64,000 nt of DNA from Solirubrobacteraceae bacterium. Its GTDB lineage: Bacteria; Actinomycetota; Thermoleophilia; Solirubrobacterales; Solirubrobacteraceae. Under the pieces are notes generated by a model. It saw only the letters and a program-made list of their open reading frames with translations. It was not told where the DNA came from and did not search any database. Both the position numbers and the translations under genes were made by a program. Positions within the stretch are counted from its first letter, which is position 1. The number at the start of each line of letters is the position of its first letter. Shown here piece by piece: positions 9,830-19,782 of the stretch. The stretch covers positions 12,452 to 76,451 of the forward strand of contig DATGFT010000008.1 in the NCBI GenBank assembly GCA_035308915.1. The letters run 5' to 3'.

Positions 9830-10516
9830 TCAGATCAGCTGGTGCTGGTAGGCGTAGCGGACGGCCTGGGCGCGGTCTCGCGCGCCCGTCTTATAGAAGA
9901 CACGGTTGACATGGGTCTTGACCGTGGCGGCCGACACGACGAGGGCCTCGGCGATCTCGGCGTTTGATAGCCCGGCGGCGATCAGCTTCAGCACCTCCGC
10001 CTCACGGGGAGTGAGGTCATCGGGGAGCGTGGTCGCAGCGGGGGCGACGCCGGCCGCTGGGCCTGGCGGGGCGGGGGCGGCTCCGCTCGCCTCCTCTCCC
10101 ACCACCGCGGCGACCAGCCGCTCCTGGATCGCCGCGTCGAGGTGGGTGCGGCCTTCGGCGACGGCGCGAATTGCCTGCTCGATCTCCTCGGCGCTCGCGT
10201 CCTTCGTCAGGTAGCCGCGGGCTCCGGCCTGGAGGGCGGGGAAGAGGGAGGCGTCGTCGGCGTAGGTGGTGAGGACGAGCACCTGGGTCTCCGGGGCGCG
10301 GTCGCGGATTCGGCGCGTCGCCTCCGCCCCGTCCACCTCGGGCATCTGCAGATCCATCAGCACCACGTCGGGACGCTCGGTCTCGGTCAGCGTGACCGCC
10401 TCGACGCCGTTGGCCGCGGTGCCGACGACCTCGAGTCCGTCGATCAGGCCGACGAGCATCGTCAGGCCCTCGCGCACGACCCGCTGATCGTCGGCGATCA
10501 GGACGCGCAGCGTCAT
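9830..10516 (-). CDS. NarL/LuxR family response regulator
   Basis: IADDQ, VLMDLQMP receiver; LTPREAEVL...TVKTHV HTH. Confidence 0.92.
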   Translation of the reverse strand: MTLRVLIADDQRVVREGLTMLVGLIDGLEVVGTAANGVEAVTLTETERPDVVLMDLQMPEVDGAEATRRIRDRAPETQVLVLTTYADDASLFPALQAGARGYLTKDASAEEIEQAIRAVAEGRTHLDAAIQERLVAAVVGEEASGAAPAPPGPAAGVAPAATTLPDDLTPREAEVLKLIAAGLSNAEIAEALVVSAATVKTHVNRVFYKTGARDRAQAVRYAYQHQLI

Positions 10517-11754
10517 GCGGGCACCTCCAGCTCGACCCGCCAGCCGGATTCGGTTGGCCCGGCCGAGAGAGCGCCGCCGGCGCGCGTCACCCGCTCGCGC
10601 ATGGCCGAGAGGCCGCGGCCTCCGCCCACGCCGGCCAGCCCGCCACCCCCGGCGACCGGAGCCGCGGCCGGCAGGGTGTTCTCGACGGTCAGGATCGCCC
10701 GGGCGCCCGCATGGCGCAGCGTGACGTCGGTCTTCGCGCCGGGGGCGTAGCGCGCGACGTTGGTCAACGCCTCCTGAGTCCCCCGGTACAGCGCGAGTCC
10801 GGCGTCGGTGGCCAGCGCCGGGAGGCCGTCCTCGGCCGTGAAGGTGACATTCAGGTTCATGTCGTGGCGGAAGCTGTCAACCAGCTCGGCCAGCTGGCTC
10901 ACCCCCGGGAGCTCGTCGCCGCGCAAGGCGCCCACGGCCTGGCGGGCCTCGCTCAGACCGTCCCGAACCAGCTCGCCCGCCCGCGCGATGGCCTCGCTGA
11001 CCTCGGGACTGGCCTGGTCACGCGCGGCAAGCATTCGCGCTCCCTGAAGCTGGATGGCCGCGCCGGAGAGCGAGTGGGCCAGGACGTCGTGAAGCTCCCC
11101 GGCGATTCGACTTCGCTCGGCGACGGCGGCGGCTTGCGCCTGCTCGTCTCGCGCATCCTCGAGCTGGGCGAGCAGCTCCTCGGTCCGGTCCTGGCTCTGG
11201 CGGGCCTGCTTCATGAAATGCGCGATCAGGGCGAGGATGACGCAGAGCAGGGTCGCGGCGAGCACGGTGTCCGAGCCGCCGCCGGTGACCGCGGTGCCCA
11301 CGCCGAGGGCGATCGTGATCGCGGCGCCCACGACCGCGCCGAGGACCAGTGGCAGCCGCGCCACCGCCATCCATACCGCGGCACCCGCGGCGAGCTCGGT
11401 CGCGTGCTTGGGCTGAAGCCAGGCGAGCGCGACTCCGGCGCCGCCCATTGCGCACAGCAACCCAGCCTGAAGGCCCAGTGGCAGCTCTATGAACCCGTCC
11501 CTGATGGCTACGGCAATCGTGACGACGAAGATCGCCACGACGAGCGCCACGCCGAGGCCCCGGCCGTGAAGGGCGGGAGCCGGATGAGCATTGAAGGCTC
11601 CCAGCAAGACAGCCAACGCCACCGCCCACCCGACCGGGCGGAGCACCGATCGCTGGCGGCGCAGGCGCTCCTGCGCCCGGGCGTGAGCCTCGGCTACGCG
11701 CTCACTCTCGGCCAGGCGCTCACTGGCAGGTCCGTCACTCACGTCCGGTCCCAT
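10513..11754 (-). CDS. Membrane sensor histidine kinase (HisKA_3)
   Basis: ERSRIAGELHDVLAH, QEALTNV, GRGLSAMRERV; overlaps the regulator start. Confidence 0.9.
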   Translation of the reverse strand: MGPDVSDGPASERLAESERVAEAHARAQERLRRQRSVLRPVGWAVALAVLLGAFNAHPAPALHGRGLGVALVVAIFVVTIAVAIRDGFIELPLGLQAGLLCAMGGAGVALAWLQPKHATELAAGAAVWMAVARLPLVLGAVVGAAITIALGVGTAVTGGGSDTVLAATLLCVILALIAHFMKQARQSQDRTEELLAQLEDARDEQAQAAAVAERSRIAGELHDVLAHSLSGAAIQLQGARMLAARDQASPEVSEAIARAGELVRDGLSEARQAVGALRGDELPGVSQLAELVDSFRHDMNLNVTFTAEDGLPALATDAGLALYRGTQEALTNVARYAPGAKTDVTLRHAGARAILTVENTLPAAAPVAGGGGLAGVGGGRGLSAMRERVTRAGGALSAGPTESGWRVELEVPA

Positions 11755-11840
11755 CCCTCACCCGCACAGACCGCAGACGATAGAACGCGGATGGCCCGCC
11801 GGGGCGGGCCATCCGCGCTCGAGATCCGCTGCCGAGGAGC

Positions 11841-12368
11841 TCACGCGTGGGCCGGCGCAGGAACGGAGGTCAGGGCGGCAGCGTGGCGGAGCCGGTAGGC
11901 GCGGAGGTGAACCATGCCCTGGCGCGCCACGACCTCGACGAGCGCCATCGCGACCAGCGCGAGCGGCCACGCCGCGGCGCCGATGTGATGCGCGATGCTG
12001 AAGCTGCGGACGGCGGGTCCGGCGCCGTTGGTGACGGCGAACACGAAGATCATCCGGGCCGAGATCCCGGCGATCAGCAGCCCACCGGCCACCCAGCGCA
12101 CACGGGCGAGGACATCGCCGTCGGCGGCACGACGGACGCGCGTCGCGAAGCCGCCGGAGATACCCAGGATCAGTCCGACCGAGGCCAGTGCGGCGACGAG
12201 CACGAGATCGTTTCCGGTGGTCGGGATCGAGTGGACATAGTTACGGGCGACGAAGAAGACGATGGTCAGCGGGACGAGCAGACTGCGGAGATCGACACGG
12301 CGCTCACGCACCTGGCGAAGCACGAAGAACACGAACACGGCGTTGATGAGGTAATCGGTGATGGTCAT
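11841..12368 (-). CDS. Membrane protein (DUF1453-like), probable target of the adjacent two-component system
   Basis: Hydrophobic ORF starting MTITDYLINA, directly upstream of the kinase in the same direction. Confidence 0.6.
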   Translation of the reverse strand: MTITDYLINAVFVFFVLRQVRERRVDLRSLLVPLTIVFFVARNYVHSIPTTGNDLVLVAALASVGLILGISGGFATRVRRAADGDVLARVRWVAGGLLIAGISARMIFVFAVTNGAGPAVRSFSIAHHIGAAAWPLALVAMALVEVVARQGMVHLRAYRLRHAAALTSVPAPAHA

Positions 12369-12404
12369 GGGACGATCATCCGCCTCGCCGCCTCGCCTGT
12401 CGTC

Positions 12405-12454
12405 GGGCCACGGGTTGATCCGTGGGTTGGTCTGCGACTCAACCCACGGGTTGA
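12405..12454. promoter_or_regulatory. NarL-type 7-2-7 palindromic operator array
   Basis: Perfect TCAACCC-AC-GGGTTGA at 12439-12454, plus degenerate copies cacgggttga and tgatccgtgggttgg, upstream of 12368. Confidence 0.65.
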
Positions 12455-12517
12455 TGTCCTGCGTCCCGCCGCGTCGCACCGGGTATCACCGGAGTGTCGC
12501 GTGAAAGGAGAGCGGCG

Positions 12518-12667
12518 ATCGCCAACTCCCCGGGTTCCTCGAGCCGGGGTGGGAAGAGCAGCGGCTCGAGTCAGAGCAAGAAGAGCTCCGGCTCCGGGAG
12601 CGGTGGCAACAAGGCGCAGAAGGCCGCCGCGGGTCGGAAGGGCGGAAAGAAGTCCTCGGGTAGCTGA
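12518..12667 (+). CDS. 49-aa Gly/Ser/Lys-rich KGG-motif stress-type protein (not in ORF track)
   Basis: AAAGGAG at 12504-12510, then ATC GCC AAC... encoding ...GGNKAQKAAAGRKGGKKSSGS-stop. An in-frame GTG exists at 12494. Confidence 0.55.
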   Translation: MANSPGSSSRGGKSSGSSQSKKSSGSGSGGNKAQKAAAGRKGGKKSSGS

Positions 12668-12850
12668 GCGTGCTGCGGATGTTCGAGCTCCGAGCTCGAA
12701 CATCCGTCCAGACGTCCTAAAGCCTTCACTCGAATATGTGTTGACGCCTGGGTGAGGGGGGCCAGACTCCCGGCGGCGGACGCCGAAACGGGATATGTGC
12801 GATGCAACCAGTCGAGTGAGGAGCCACGAGACAGGCGGAAGGTCTGACCC

Positions 12851-14371
12851 GTGACCGAGACGATGATGACCATGCCTGCGCTCGCGGTGGTCGGAGCCGA
12901 TCACCGGATCATCCGCAGCACTGAGAGCTTCCGCCAGCGCTATGAGGACGCGGAAACCCTCTGCGAGCGCTCGCCGGAGATCGACCGGGTGCTGACCGGC
13001 CGGGCCGACGTCGCCACCGTGTCGTTGGGCGACGTCAACGTCGAGGTCGAGGCGGTGACCGACGCCACGGGCCGGCGCCACGCCATGCTGACGCTCCCGC
13101 CCCAAGACTCATCGAGCTCAGCCGACGAGCCGCTGACTGCGCTGCGCGAGGTGGCCGAGCATAGCCCGGCCATCGTCTGGGTCAAGGACCTGGATGGGCG
13201 TTACCTCTATGCCAATCCCCGTTACGGCCGTGAGCTCGGAACCTCCCAGGAGAAGCTGCTTGGCAACACCGACGCCGATCTCCCGGAGGCCGAGACCGTC
13301 GACGGGCCCCGGCTGCGCTACGCCGAGGATGGGCTCAAGGAGCCGCTTCAGCTCGAGTACACGGTGCCGCCGATCGACGGGCGCCCGGCGATGGCGGCGT
13401 TTCGCTTCCCGCTGCGCGACGAGGCCGGAGAGCCGGTCGCAACCTGCGGCGTGGCGGCTCCGAGCACCGAGGCGCAGGTCGCGCAGAGCGAGGCGGTTCG
13501 CCTCATGCAGCTCGAACGCTGGAATCGCCTCGACCCGCTCGACGTGCGCGCCGAGCTCCTCGAGCAGTGGCACGTGCAGACGGCTTCCTTCCAGACCACT
13601 GAGGCCGACGCGGAAGACGATTCGGATCCCGAGGACGAGGTCGGCTCGGAGGCCCGCCAGCATGAGCCTGAGCCTGGACCCGCTTCAGAGGAGCCTGAAG
13701 CTGACGCGCCCGCTGCCCAGCCCGAGCCGCCGATGCAGCGCGAGCGAGTGGAAGAAACTTCGCGTCCCACCGAGTCAAGCGCGGCCTCGCGTCCCACCGA
13801 GTCAAGCGCGGCTTCGCGTCCCACGGAGTCAAGCGCGGCTCCCACCCCCACGCCGTCGCCGGCGAAGGCCCCGGCCGAGCCCGTACCGTCCCTGTCCGAA
13901 ACGGCTGAGCTGCTTCAGACGAACCTCCAGCTGGCTCGCAAATGGGCCGACCGGGCCGAGCAGTTGCAGGGCGAGCTCCACGCGGCCCAGCTACGCGTCC
14001 GCGAGGCCGAGAGCGAGGCCCAGCAGGCGCTGGCGGCGGCGGCGCGGGCGGCCGAGGACGCCGACCGTTGGCGGAGCGAGCTCGACCAGACGCGGCTCGA
14101 GCTCGAGGAGGCCCAGGCCGAAGCTCACGCCGCGCGTTCGGAGGCGGAGGTGGCGCGGGGCGAGCTGGGCGCGGCTCGCGCCCAGGCAGAGTCGCTGCGC
14201 GGCCCTTCGACCGTCGCGCTGCGCCTTTCGGAAGAGCTCGGGCGCGCACTCGCGGCCGAGCGTGAGCGCAGCGACGAGCTCGACCGAACCCTGGCCCGTC
14301 TGCGCTCCCGTCTCAGCGACTTCGAAACCGCACTCGAGCGTTCCCCGGCGATCCCGGCCCGCTCGGTGTAG
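12851..14371 (+). CDS. PAS domain protein with acidic/Pro linker and C-terminal coiled coil
   Basis: SPAIVWVKDLDGRYLYANP PAS start and an Ala/Glu/Arg heptad tail; no enzymatic output domain recognised. Confidence 0.7.
   Translation: MTETMMTMPALAVVGADHRIIRSTESFRQRYEDAETLCERSPEIDRVLTGRADVATVSLGDVNVEVEAVTDATGRRHAMLTLPPQDSSSSADEPLTALREVAEHSPAIVWVKDLDGRYLYANPRYGRELGTSQEKLLGNTDADLPEAETVDGPRLRYAEDGLKEPLQLEYTVPPIDGRPAMAAFRFPLRDEAGEPVATCGVAAPSTEAQVAQSEAVRLMQLERWNRLDPLDVRAELLEQWHVQTASFQTTEADAEDDSDPEDEVGSEARQHEPEPGPASEEPEADAPAAQPEPPMQRERVEETSRPTESSAASRPTESSAASRPTESSAAPTPTPSPAKAPAEPVPSLSETAELLQTNLQLARKWADRAEQLQGELHAAQLRVREAESEAQQALAAAARAAEDADRWRSELDQTRLELEEAQAEAHAARSEAEVARGELGAARAQAESLRGPSTVALRLSEELGRALAAERERSDELDRTLARLRSRLSDFETALERSPAIPARSV
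13760..13840 (+). repeat. In-frame 27-bp tandem repeat x3 (SRPTESSAA)
   Basis: tcgcgtcccaccgagtcaagcgcggc[c/t] repeated at 13760, 13787 and 13814. Confidence 0.95.
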
Positions 14372-14509
14372 TCCCCGGCAGCCCAAGACGACCGCCCACG
14401 CCCGGCAGATCCCGGCGTGGGCGGCTCGTCTTTGCGCGTGGTCCAGACAGACAACCGCCCGCACCGGCCGAAGCCAATGCGGGCGGCTTGCTGCCGCGCA
14501 AGCTTTGCG

Positions 14510-15106
14510 TCAGGAAGCTGTGACCGGCTTCGTCTTCGTCAGGAGCCGAGCCTCCTCTGGCATCTGCGCTGCGTGCCAGAACCCGAGTGCGACCAGTACG
14601 GCCATCACGAAGGCCAGCACGAACGAGGCGATGGCGCCGTAGAGCATGAACTGCCCGACCTTCCAGAACCCGTAGGCTTCGAGGAGCAGTCCCCTGAGGG
14701 TGGTGCCCCGGAAGGATGTCTGCACCAGATCCTGGAGCTTGGTGTTCTTGGGGTCGGCCATCGCCGCGGCGCTGATCTTGGAATAAACGCCGCCGTAGGG
14801 CATCTCCGAGAGATGCACGGCGATGAAGTCATTGGCCCACACCTTTGCCTGCTGGCCGGTGAGCAGCTGCTGGCCGGCGTACTGCGAGACCGACGGGATC
14901 ATCGAAGGCGTGATCTCCGTCCCGGCCTTCGGATGCGCGAACGCCTTCGCGGGCGGGAAGTAGATCTGCTGTTGCGCCAGCTGGTCGTGGACGTTGGAGT
15001 TCACGTAGCTGTGTCCCCACGTCAGGAGACCGCCGGCGACCACGAGCACGACGACAATCACCGCACCGCCGGTGCTGGTGAGAATGTCAAACACTTTGCG
15101 CGACAT
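14510..15106 (-). CDS. Membrane protein with two TM anchors and an extracytoplasmic loop
   Basis: N- and C-terminal hydrophobic helices around a soluble loop (FIAVHL, FRGTTLRGLLL); purine-rich RBS (agggag) before the ATG. Confidence 0.75.
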   Translation of the reverse strand: MSRKVFDILTSTGGAVIVVVLVVAGGLLTWGHSYVNSNVHDQLAQQQIYFPPAKAFAHPKAGTEITPSMIPSVSQYAGQQLLTGQQAKVWANDFIAVHLSEMPYGGVYSKISAAAMADPKNTKLQDLVQTSFRGTTLRGLLLEAYGFWKVGQFMLYGAIASFVLAFVMAVLVALGFWHAAQMPEEARLLTKTKPVTAS

Positions 15107-15280
15107 GATGCGCTCCCTTATAAATGGATATTGATCTATAGGAGAATCATCGTCGCCCGTGTTGCGGCCTGGATCCGCTGAACGCCGTTCATCTTCTGCG
15201 CGTAACTACTGAACGGGCGTCGGGATGCTCCGGGCGGCCGAGCTCCCCTGCTGCGAGCACGTGCACGAAGCGGTCCGCGA

Positions 15281-16453
15281 TCAGGCGGCCACGCCAGCGT
15301 CGCGTAACCGCGCACCGTGCAGCGACAGATACGGAGTCACGTATCGACCGAAGACCTTGAGGTCTTCCGCCTGACGCGATTCGCGGTGTTGAATGCTCCC
15401 GGCGACCGGCCGGCCCAGCGCGTCGAGTTCGGTTCGCAGCACCAGGGCGCCGTCGCCCGTGAGGAGCCGTGCCCTCAGTACGGTCGGACCGTGAAGCGCC
15501 TTCACTGGAGCTCCGATTCCAGCGGCAATGGTGTGGGCAACGCGGTCCGCCTGCTGCGCGGCGATCCCGCCCTGTTTGACCGGAAAAGTCGTTACGTCGC
15601 CAGCAGCAAACACATTGGCGAGGCCCTCGACGCGACCGTAGGGATCGGTAGGGATGAAGCCTGACCACGACGCTGGGATCCCAGCGATTCGCGTCGCATG
15701 GAGCTCAGACAGTGCGACCACCTGATCGGCCTTCACCGACCCACCGAATTGCAGGCTCAGAGAGCCGCCGCGCCCCACGCTGTGCGGAATTACGCCGCCC
15801 ACGAATTGGATCTCTCGCTCGAGGAGCAGCTCGGCGACTGCGGAGGACGGTGCGTCGCCGAAGATCGCGAGCGGCGTGCGCTCAGGCGTGGCGATCACGA
15901 TCTGCGTGCAGGCCCCGTGGCTGGTCGCGTGATGAGCCGACATGAGCGCCAGCTCGTAGACCGGGAGCGCCCACGTGCGGGCGGACGGCACGGCGAAGAC
16001 CAGACGCCGGAGCGCGTGCGTCCCGAGTTGGTCGAGGACCGCGCTCAGGCGCGGTATGTCGCGCTCGTCGCGGAAGGTCAGTGCGCCGGGCACCGCAGCC
16101 ACGGCACGAGCGCCGGTGGCGAGGATCAGAGCGTCGTAGTCGAGGGTCAGCCCTGAGGCCAGCCGCAGGCGCTGCGCCGCCGGGCTGATGGCTTCCAGCG
16201 CGAACCCCTGATACCGGGCGCCGATATCGGCGGCGATCTGGCGAAGGTCATAGCTCACAGGCTGCGCGGCGCCGAACACTGCAGCTGTGGCGGCGGGCCG
16301 GTAGGCGAAGGTCCCGCTGGGCGAGATCAGTGTCAGCTCGACCTTGTCCTCGGCCAGCGCACGCAGGGCAAGAGCTGACTCAAGCGCAGCAAAGCCGCCG
16401 CCGGCGATCGCAACCCGCGCCGCCGTGCATCGTGAGGCGGAACCTTCAGACAC
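15281..16453 (-). CDS. FAD-dependent oxidoreductase, SQR/NDH-2-like fold
   Basis: IAGGGFAALE, YDALILATG, VFAAGDVT, KQGGIAAQQA. Confidence 0.75.
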   Translation of the reverse strand: MSEGSASRCTAARVAIAGGGFAALESALALRALAEDKVELTLISPSGTFAYRPAATAAVFGAAQPVSYDLRQIAADIGARYQGFALEAISPAAQRLRLASGLTLDYDALILATGARAVAAVPGALTFRDERDIPRLSAVLDQLGTHALRRLVFAVPSARTWALPVYELALMSAHHATSHGACTQIVIATPERTPLAIFGDAPSSAVAELLLEREIQFVGGVIPHSVGRGGSLSLQFGGSVKADQVVALSELHATRIAGIPASWSGFIPTDPYGRVEGLANVFAAGDVTTFPVKQGGIAAQQADRVAHTIAAGIGAPVKALHGPTVLRARLLTGDGALVLRTELDALGRPVAGSIQHRESRQAEDLKVFGRYVTPYLSLHGARLRDAGVAA

Positions 16454-16715
16454 ATCCGTGAGCGTCGTTTGGCGACACGGCGGTCACATCCGTACTCGCC
16501 CACAGAGTTCCACGTGGAAAGCCGGCTGCGCAACACCAGGTAGGGTCGTGCCAACGACTCGATGTACATGTCATGACGTCTCCTGCCGCCACCATCGTCA
16601 CGTGTCCGAACTGCGGCAGGTGTGGCCCCTGCCGCATGGTCTCGCCCGCTGGTCGAGCAACTCGGGCGCGAGTTCGCCGGCCGGCTTAGGCCTGGCTCGC
16701 GCCCGTACCGCCGAG

Positions 16716-17453
16716 CTAGTCGGTCTGGCGTCTGAGCGTGGCCGCGCCAAGCACCAGCGCGCCGGCTGCGAACGCCAGCACAACGCCGATGTCGGACCAC
16801 AGCGCCCCGCTCGCACCCGGCTGGCGGCTCAGGTGATGCATGCCATCGACGGCATAGGAAAGGGGGAGCGCGTCCGAGATCGCGTGCAGCGCGCCCGGCA
16901 TGCGCTGGCGCGGCAGGAGCAGGCCGCCGAGCAGAAGCTGGGGGAGCACGATCAGCGGAAAGAACTGCACGACCTGGAACTCGGTGCGGGCAAAGGCGCT
17001 GGCGAAGAGCCCCAAGCCGGTCCCGAGCAGCGCGACACAGATGGCGAGGAGCACGACCAACCCCACCGGGCCGCGTACGTGGAGACCCAGCGGTCCGAGC
17101 GTCAGTCCGCTCACCACACCGGCCTGGACAGCGGCGAGCACGCCGAACGCCACCGCATAGCCGGCGATCAACTCGATCCGACCCAGCGGCGTCGTCATCA
17201 GCCGCTCCAACGTTCCGCTCGTGCGCTCGCGCAACAGCGAGATTGACGTCACGAGAAACACCGCCATCAGCGGGAAGAACGCGAGCAGGGGCGCACCGGC
17301 CTCATCGAAGACCGCTCGGCGGTGCGTGTAGATCAGTCGCAGCAGCGTCTCCAGGACGCACGGAACCAGCAGAAGCAGCGCCACCGTGCGAGGGTCGTGG
17401 CGCAGCTGGAGCAGCACCCGCTTGGCGGTGATCAACGAGCGGTGCAGGCTCAT
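16716..17453 (-). CDS. ABC-2 type transporter permease
   Basis: LQLRHDPRT, RERTSGTLERL, PQLLLGG, LPLSYAVD. Confidence 0.88.
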   Translation of the reverse strand: MSLHRSLITAKRVLLQLRHDPRTVALLLLVPCVLETLLRLIYTHRRAVFDEAGAPLLAFFPLMAVFLVTSISLLRERTSGTLERLMTTPLGRIELIAGYAVAFGVLAAVQAGVVSGLTLGPLGLHVRGPVGLVVLLAICVALLGTGLGLFASAFARTEFQVVQFFPLIVLPQLLLGGLLLPRQRMPGALHAISDALPLSYAVDGMHHLSRQPGASGALWSDIGVVLAFAAGALVLGAATLRRQTD

Positions 17454-18148
17454 CGCTGCTCGATGAGGCGAACGAAGGCCTCGTCCATATCCTCGGTGCC
17501 GGTGCGCGCGATCAGCTCACCCGGCGTGAGCTGAGCCAGGATGCAGCCCTCCCGGAGCAGGATCACCTGATCGCAGTGGCGCGCCTCGTCGAGCACGTGG
17601 CTGGAAACGAGAAGCGCCGCGCCATCGCCGGCGAGGCCGCCGAAGAGCTGCCAGAGCTCACGTCGCAGCAGCGGATCCAGTCCGACCGTCGGTTCGTCTA
17701 ACAGGAGCAGGCTCGGGTTCCCGACCAGGGCCGCGGCCAGGGAAGCTCGGGCCCGCTGACCACCGGAAAGGTCGCGGACCAGCTGACCCGCCTGAGGAGC
17801 CAGGCGAACGCGCTCCAGCACGTCCCCGGGCCCGGCGCCTCGCATCCGCGCGAAATAGTCGACGTTCTCCGCCACCGTGAGGTCCTCATAGAGCGAGGCG
17901 GCCTGGGTCATGTAGCCGACCTGACGACGCACGCTCGCGCTTCCCGGATGGTCTCCCAGCACCTTCACAACGCCGGTCACGTGAGTCTGCACCCCGGCGA
18001 CGGCCCGGATCAGCGTCGACTTACCGCTGCCACTGGGGCCGAACAGCCCCGTCACCCCCGCGGCCGTAAACGAGCCGCTCACGTCGGTGAGAACGGTGCG
18101 CCCACCTCGCGTGACGGTCAGCCCGTCGAACTCGACGGCGGCCGTCAT
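17450..18148 (-). CDS. ABC transporter ATP-binding protein
   Basis: Walker A GPSGSGKST, LSGGQ, LLLLDEPTVGLDP. Confidence 0.92.
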   Translation of the reverse strand: MTAAVEFDGLTVTRGGRTVLTDVSGSFTAAGVTGLFGPSGSGKSTLIRAVAGVQTHVTGVVKVLGDHPGSASVRRQVGYMTQAASLYEDLTVAENVDYFARMRGAGPGDVLERVRLAPQAGQLVRDLSGGQRARASLAAALVGNPSLLLLDEPTVGLDPLLRRELWQLFGGLAGDGAALLVSSHVLDEARHCDQVILLREGCILAQLTPGELIARTGTEDMDEAFVRLIEQR

Positions 18149-19782
18149 GCCCCGACGATGTCACGGCGCCGGAACCAGCCGACGGCCGCCGCCGATGCCA
18201 CCGCCGCGACGCCGAGCAGCGCGGCAGCCGCGCCCCAGCGGACGGGCTGCGCCGGCGCCAGCGCGACATGCGCGAACGGAGTCGCGTTGAGAAGCCAGCT
18301 CGGCGCCCCCAGCAGCTTGCCGAAGAGCTGCCACAGGTAGCTCAGCGTGAGCAGACCGTAGGCGATGGCCATGGCGGCGCGGGGAGCCATCGCGTAGGCC
18401 AGCGCGGCGATGCCCAGGAACACGAGCGCCACTGGCACGAGGTTGAGGCCGGCCACCAGCATCCGCGTGAGCGAGAGCGATACGTCCTGCGAGACCGCGC
18501 CCGCCCAGGTGAACACAGCCGCCGAAAGCGCCACCAGGACCACGGCGCCCGCGCCCAGGCAGAGCCGCCCAGTGAGCCACCGTCGGCGGCCCAGCGGCTC
18601 GCCCAGGACCGTCTCGAGCCGACCCTCCGCCTCCTCGTGCCAGGCGGCGCCGATCTGGCTGACCGCGAGCGCACTGAGAACGACCGCGAAGAAGCTGAAC
18701 GAGAATCCGATGTAGGCGCGTGGTGTCAGCGCGCTGCCGACGCCGAGTTTCGAGAGCGCGTGCTGGAGCTGCTTGGAGATGCCGAGGTTGTTCACGCTGG
18801 GCGAGACGGTGCCGATGACGAAGCCGAGCGCGCCGACGGCGGTGGCCCACACGAGCAGTCCGAGTCGCTCCGCGCGCAGGGCGTAGGCGGTGGGCGAGGA
18901 CAGCAGCCGGAGGTGTGATCGGGATGAGTCGTGGGCTGCCAGCAGCCCCAGCCCGACGTCACGGCGACGCGCGACTCGCAGTGAGATCCCGAGCAGCAGA
19001 AGGCTCACGGCAAGCGGCAGGAGGAGGACCAGTGGCCGGGTGCCGGTGAACGGACGCATCTCCTCCGTCCACCCCAGAGGCGTGAGCCAGCGCACCCAGC
19101 CCGCGCCGGTGGAGGTGTCAGCGACAACGCGCAGCAGGAACGACAGCGCGACCATCGCCCCGCCAAGCTCGAGCGCCTGGCGGCGCGTCGAGGCGAGCTG
19201 GCTGGCCAGGGCGCCAACGCCAGCGAACACCGGCGCCACGGAGATAACGGCCAGGGCCAGGAAGGCCGATCCTCCGGCCGGAAGCCCGCCCCCGACCAGC
19301 CCGGCCAGCTCGGCGATGCCCAGCAGCAGGACCGACAGCGTGATCGCCGTGATCGTGGCGAGGTACGCCGTCGATCGCGCCACCGGGCCGGCCAGCACGA
19401 GCTCGGCCCGCCCGGCATCCTCCTCGCCACGGAAGCCGCGGACAGCGGCCAGCAGCCCGAACACGGCGGCGAAGACCGACAGCGTCCCGCCGACGCGCCA
19501 TGCGCTGTAGCCGCCGACGGTCAGGAGGTTGTAGGCCTTGCCGTAGAACAGCACGACCGCCTTGTTCTCGGCGAAGCTCCGGGCGAAGCGGATGCGGTCC
19601 TCGAGCGTCGGGTAGGTGTGGCGGTAGGCGACCGGCTGGATGTAGGACACGGCGGCGAACACGTAGACGAAGCCGATCGTGCGGACTCGGGCGGCGTGAA
19701 GCGCGCGCCGGGTGAGCAGTGCGAAGGTGCCGGGGCCCGACCGACCCTCAAGACGGCTCGGACGGGCTGCGAGAGTCGCCAT
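18145..19782 (-). CDS. ABC-2 exporter permease, duplicated (about 12-TM) type
   Basis: Two repeats with EEDAGRAE / EEAEGRLE motifs; WLTPLGW and ATPFAH. Confidence 0.82.
   Translation of the reverse strand: MATLAARPSRLEGRSGPGTFALLTRRALHAARVRTIGFVYVFAAVSYIQPVAYRHTYPTLEDRIRFARSFAENKAVVLFYGKAYNLLTVGGYSAWRVGGTLSVFAAVFGLLAAVRGFRGEEDAGRAELVLAGPVARSTAYLATITAITLSVLLLGIAELAGLVGGGLPAGGSAFLALAVISVAPVFAGVGALASQLASTRRQALELGGAMVALSFLLRVVADTSTGAGWVRWLTPLGWTEEMRPFTGTRPLVLLLPLAVSLLLLGISLRVARRRDVGLGLLAAHDSSRSHLRLLSSPTAYALRAERLGLLVWATAVGALGFVIGTVSPSVNNLGISKQLQHALSKLGVGSALTPRAYIGFSFSFFAVVLSALAVSQIGAAWHEEAEGRLETVLGEPLGRRRWLTGRLCLGAGAVVLVALSAAVFTWAGAVSQDVSLSLTRMLVAGLNLVPVALVFLGIAALAYAMAPRAAMAIAYGLLTLSYLWQLFGKLLGAPSWLLNATPFAHVALAPAQPVRWGAAAALLGVAAVASAAAVGWFRRRDIVGA

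Noticed and set aside
13760-13840. 27-bp repeats as CRISPR or a mobile-element end
   Set aside because: Spacer-less, in-frame coding repeat inside a linker.
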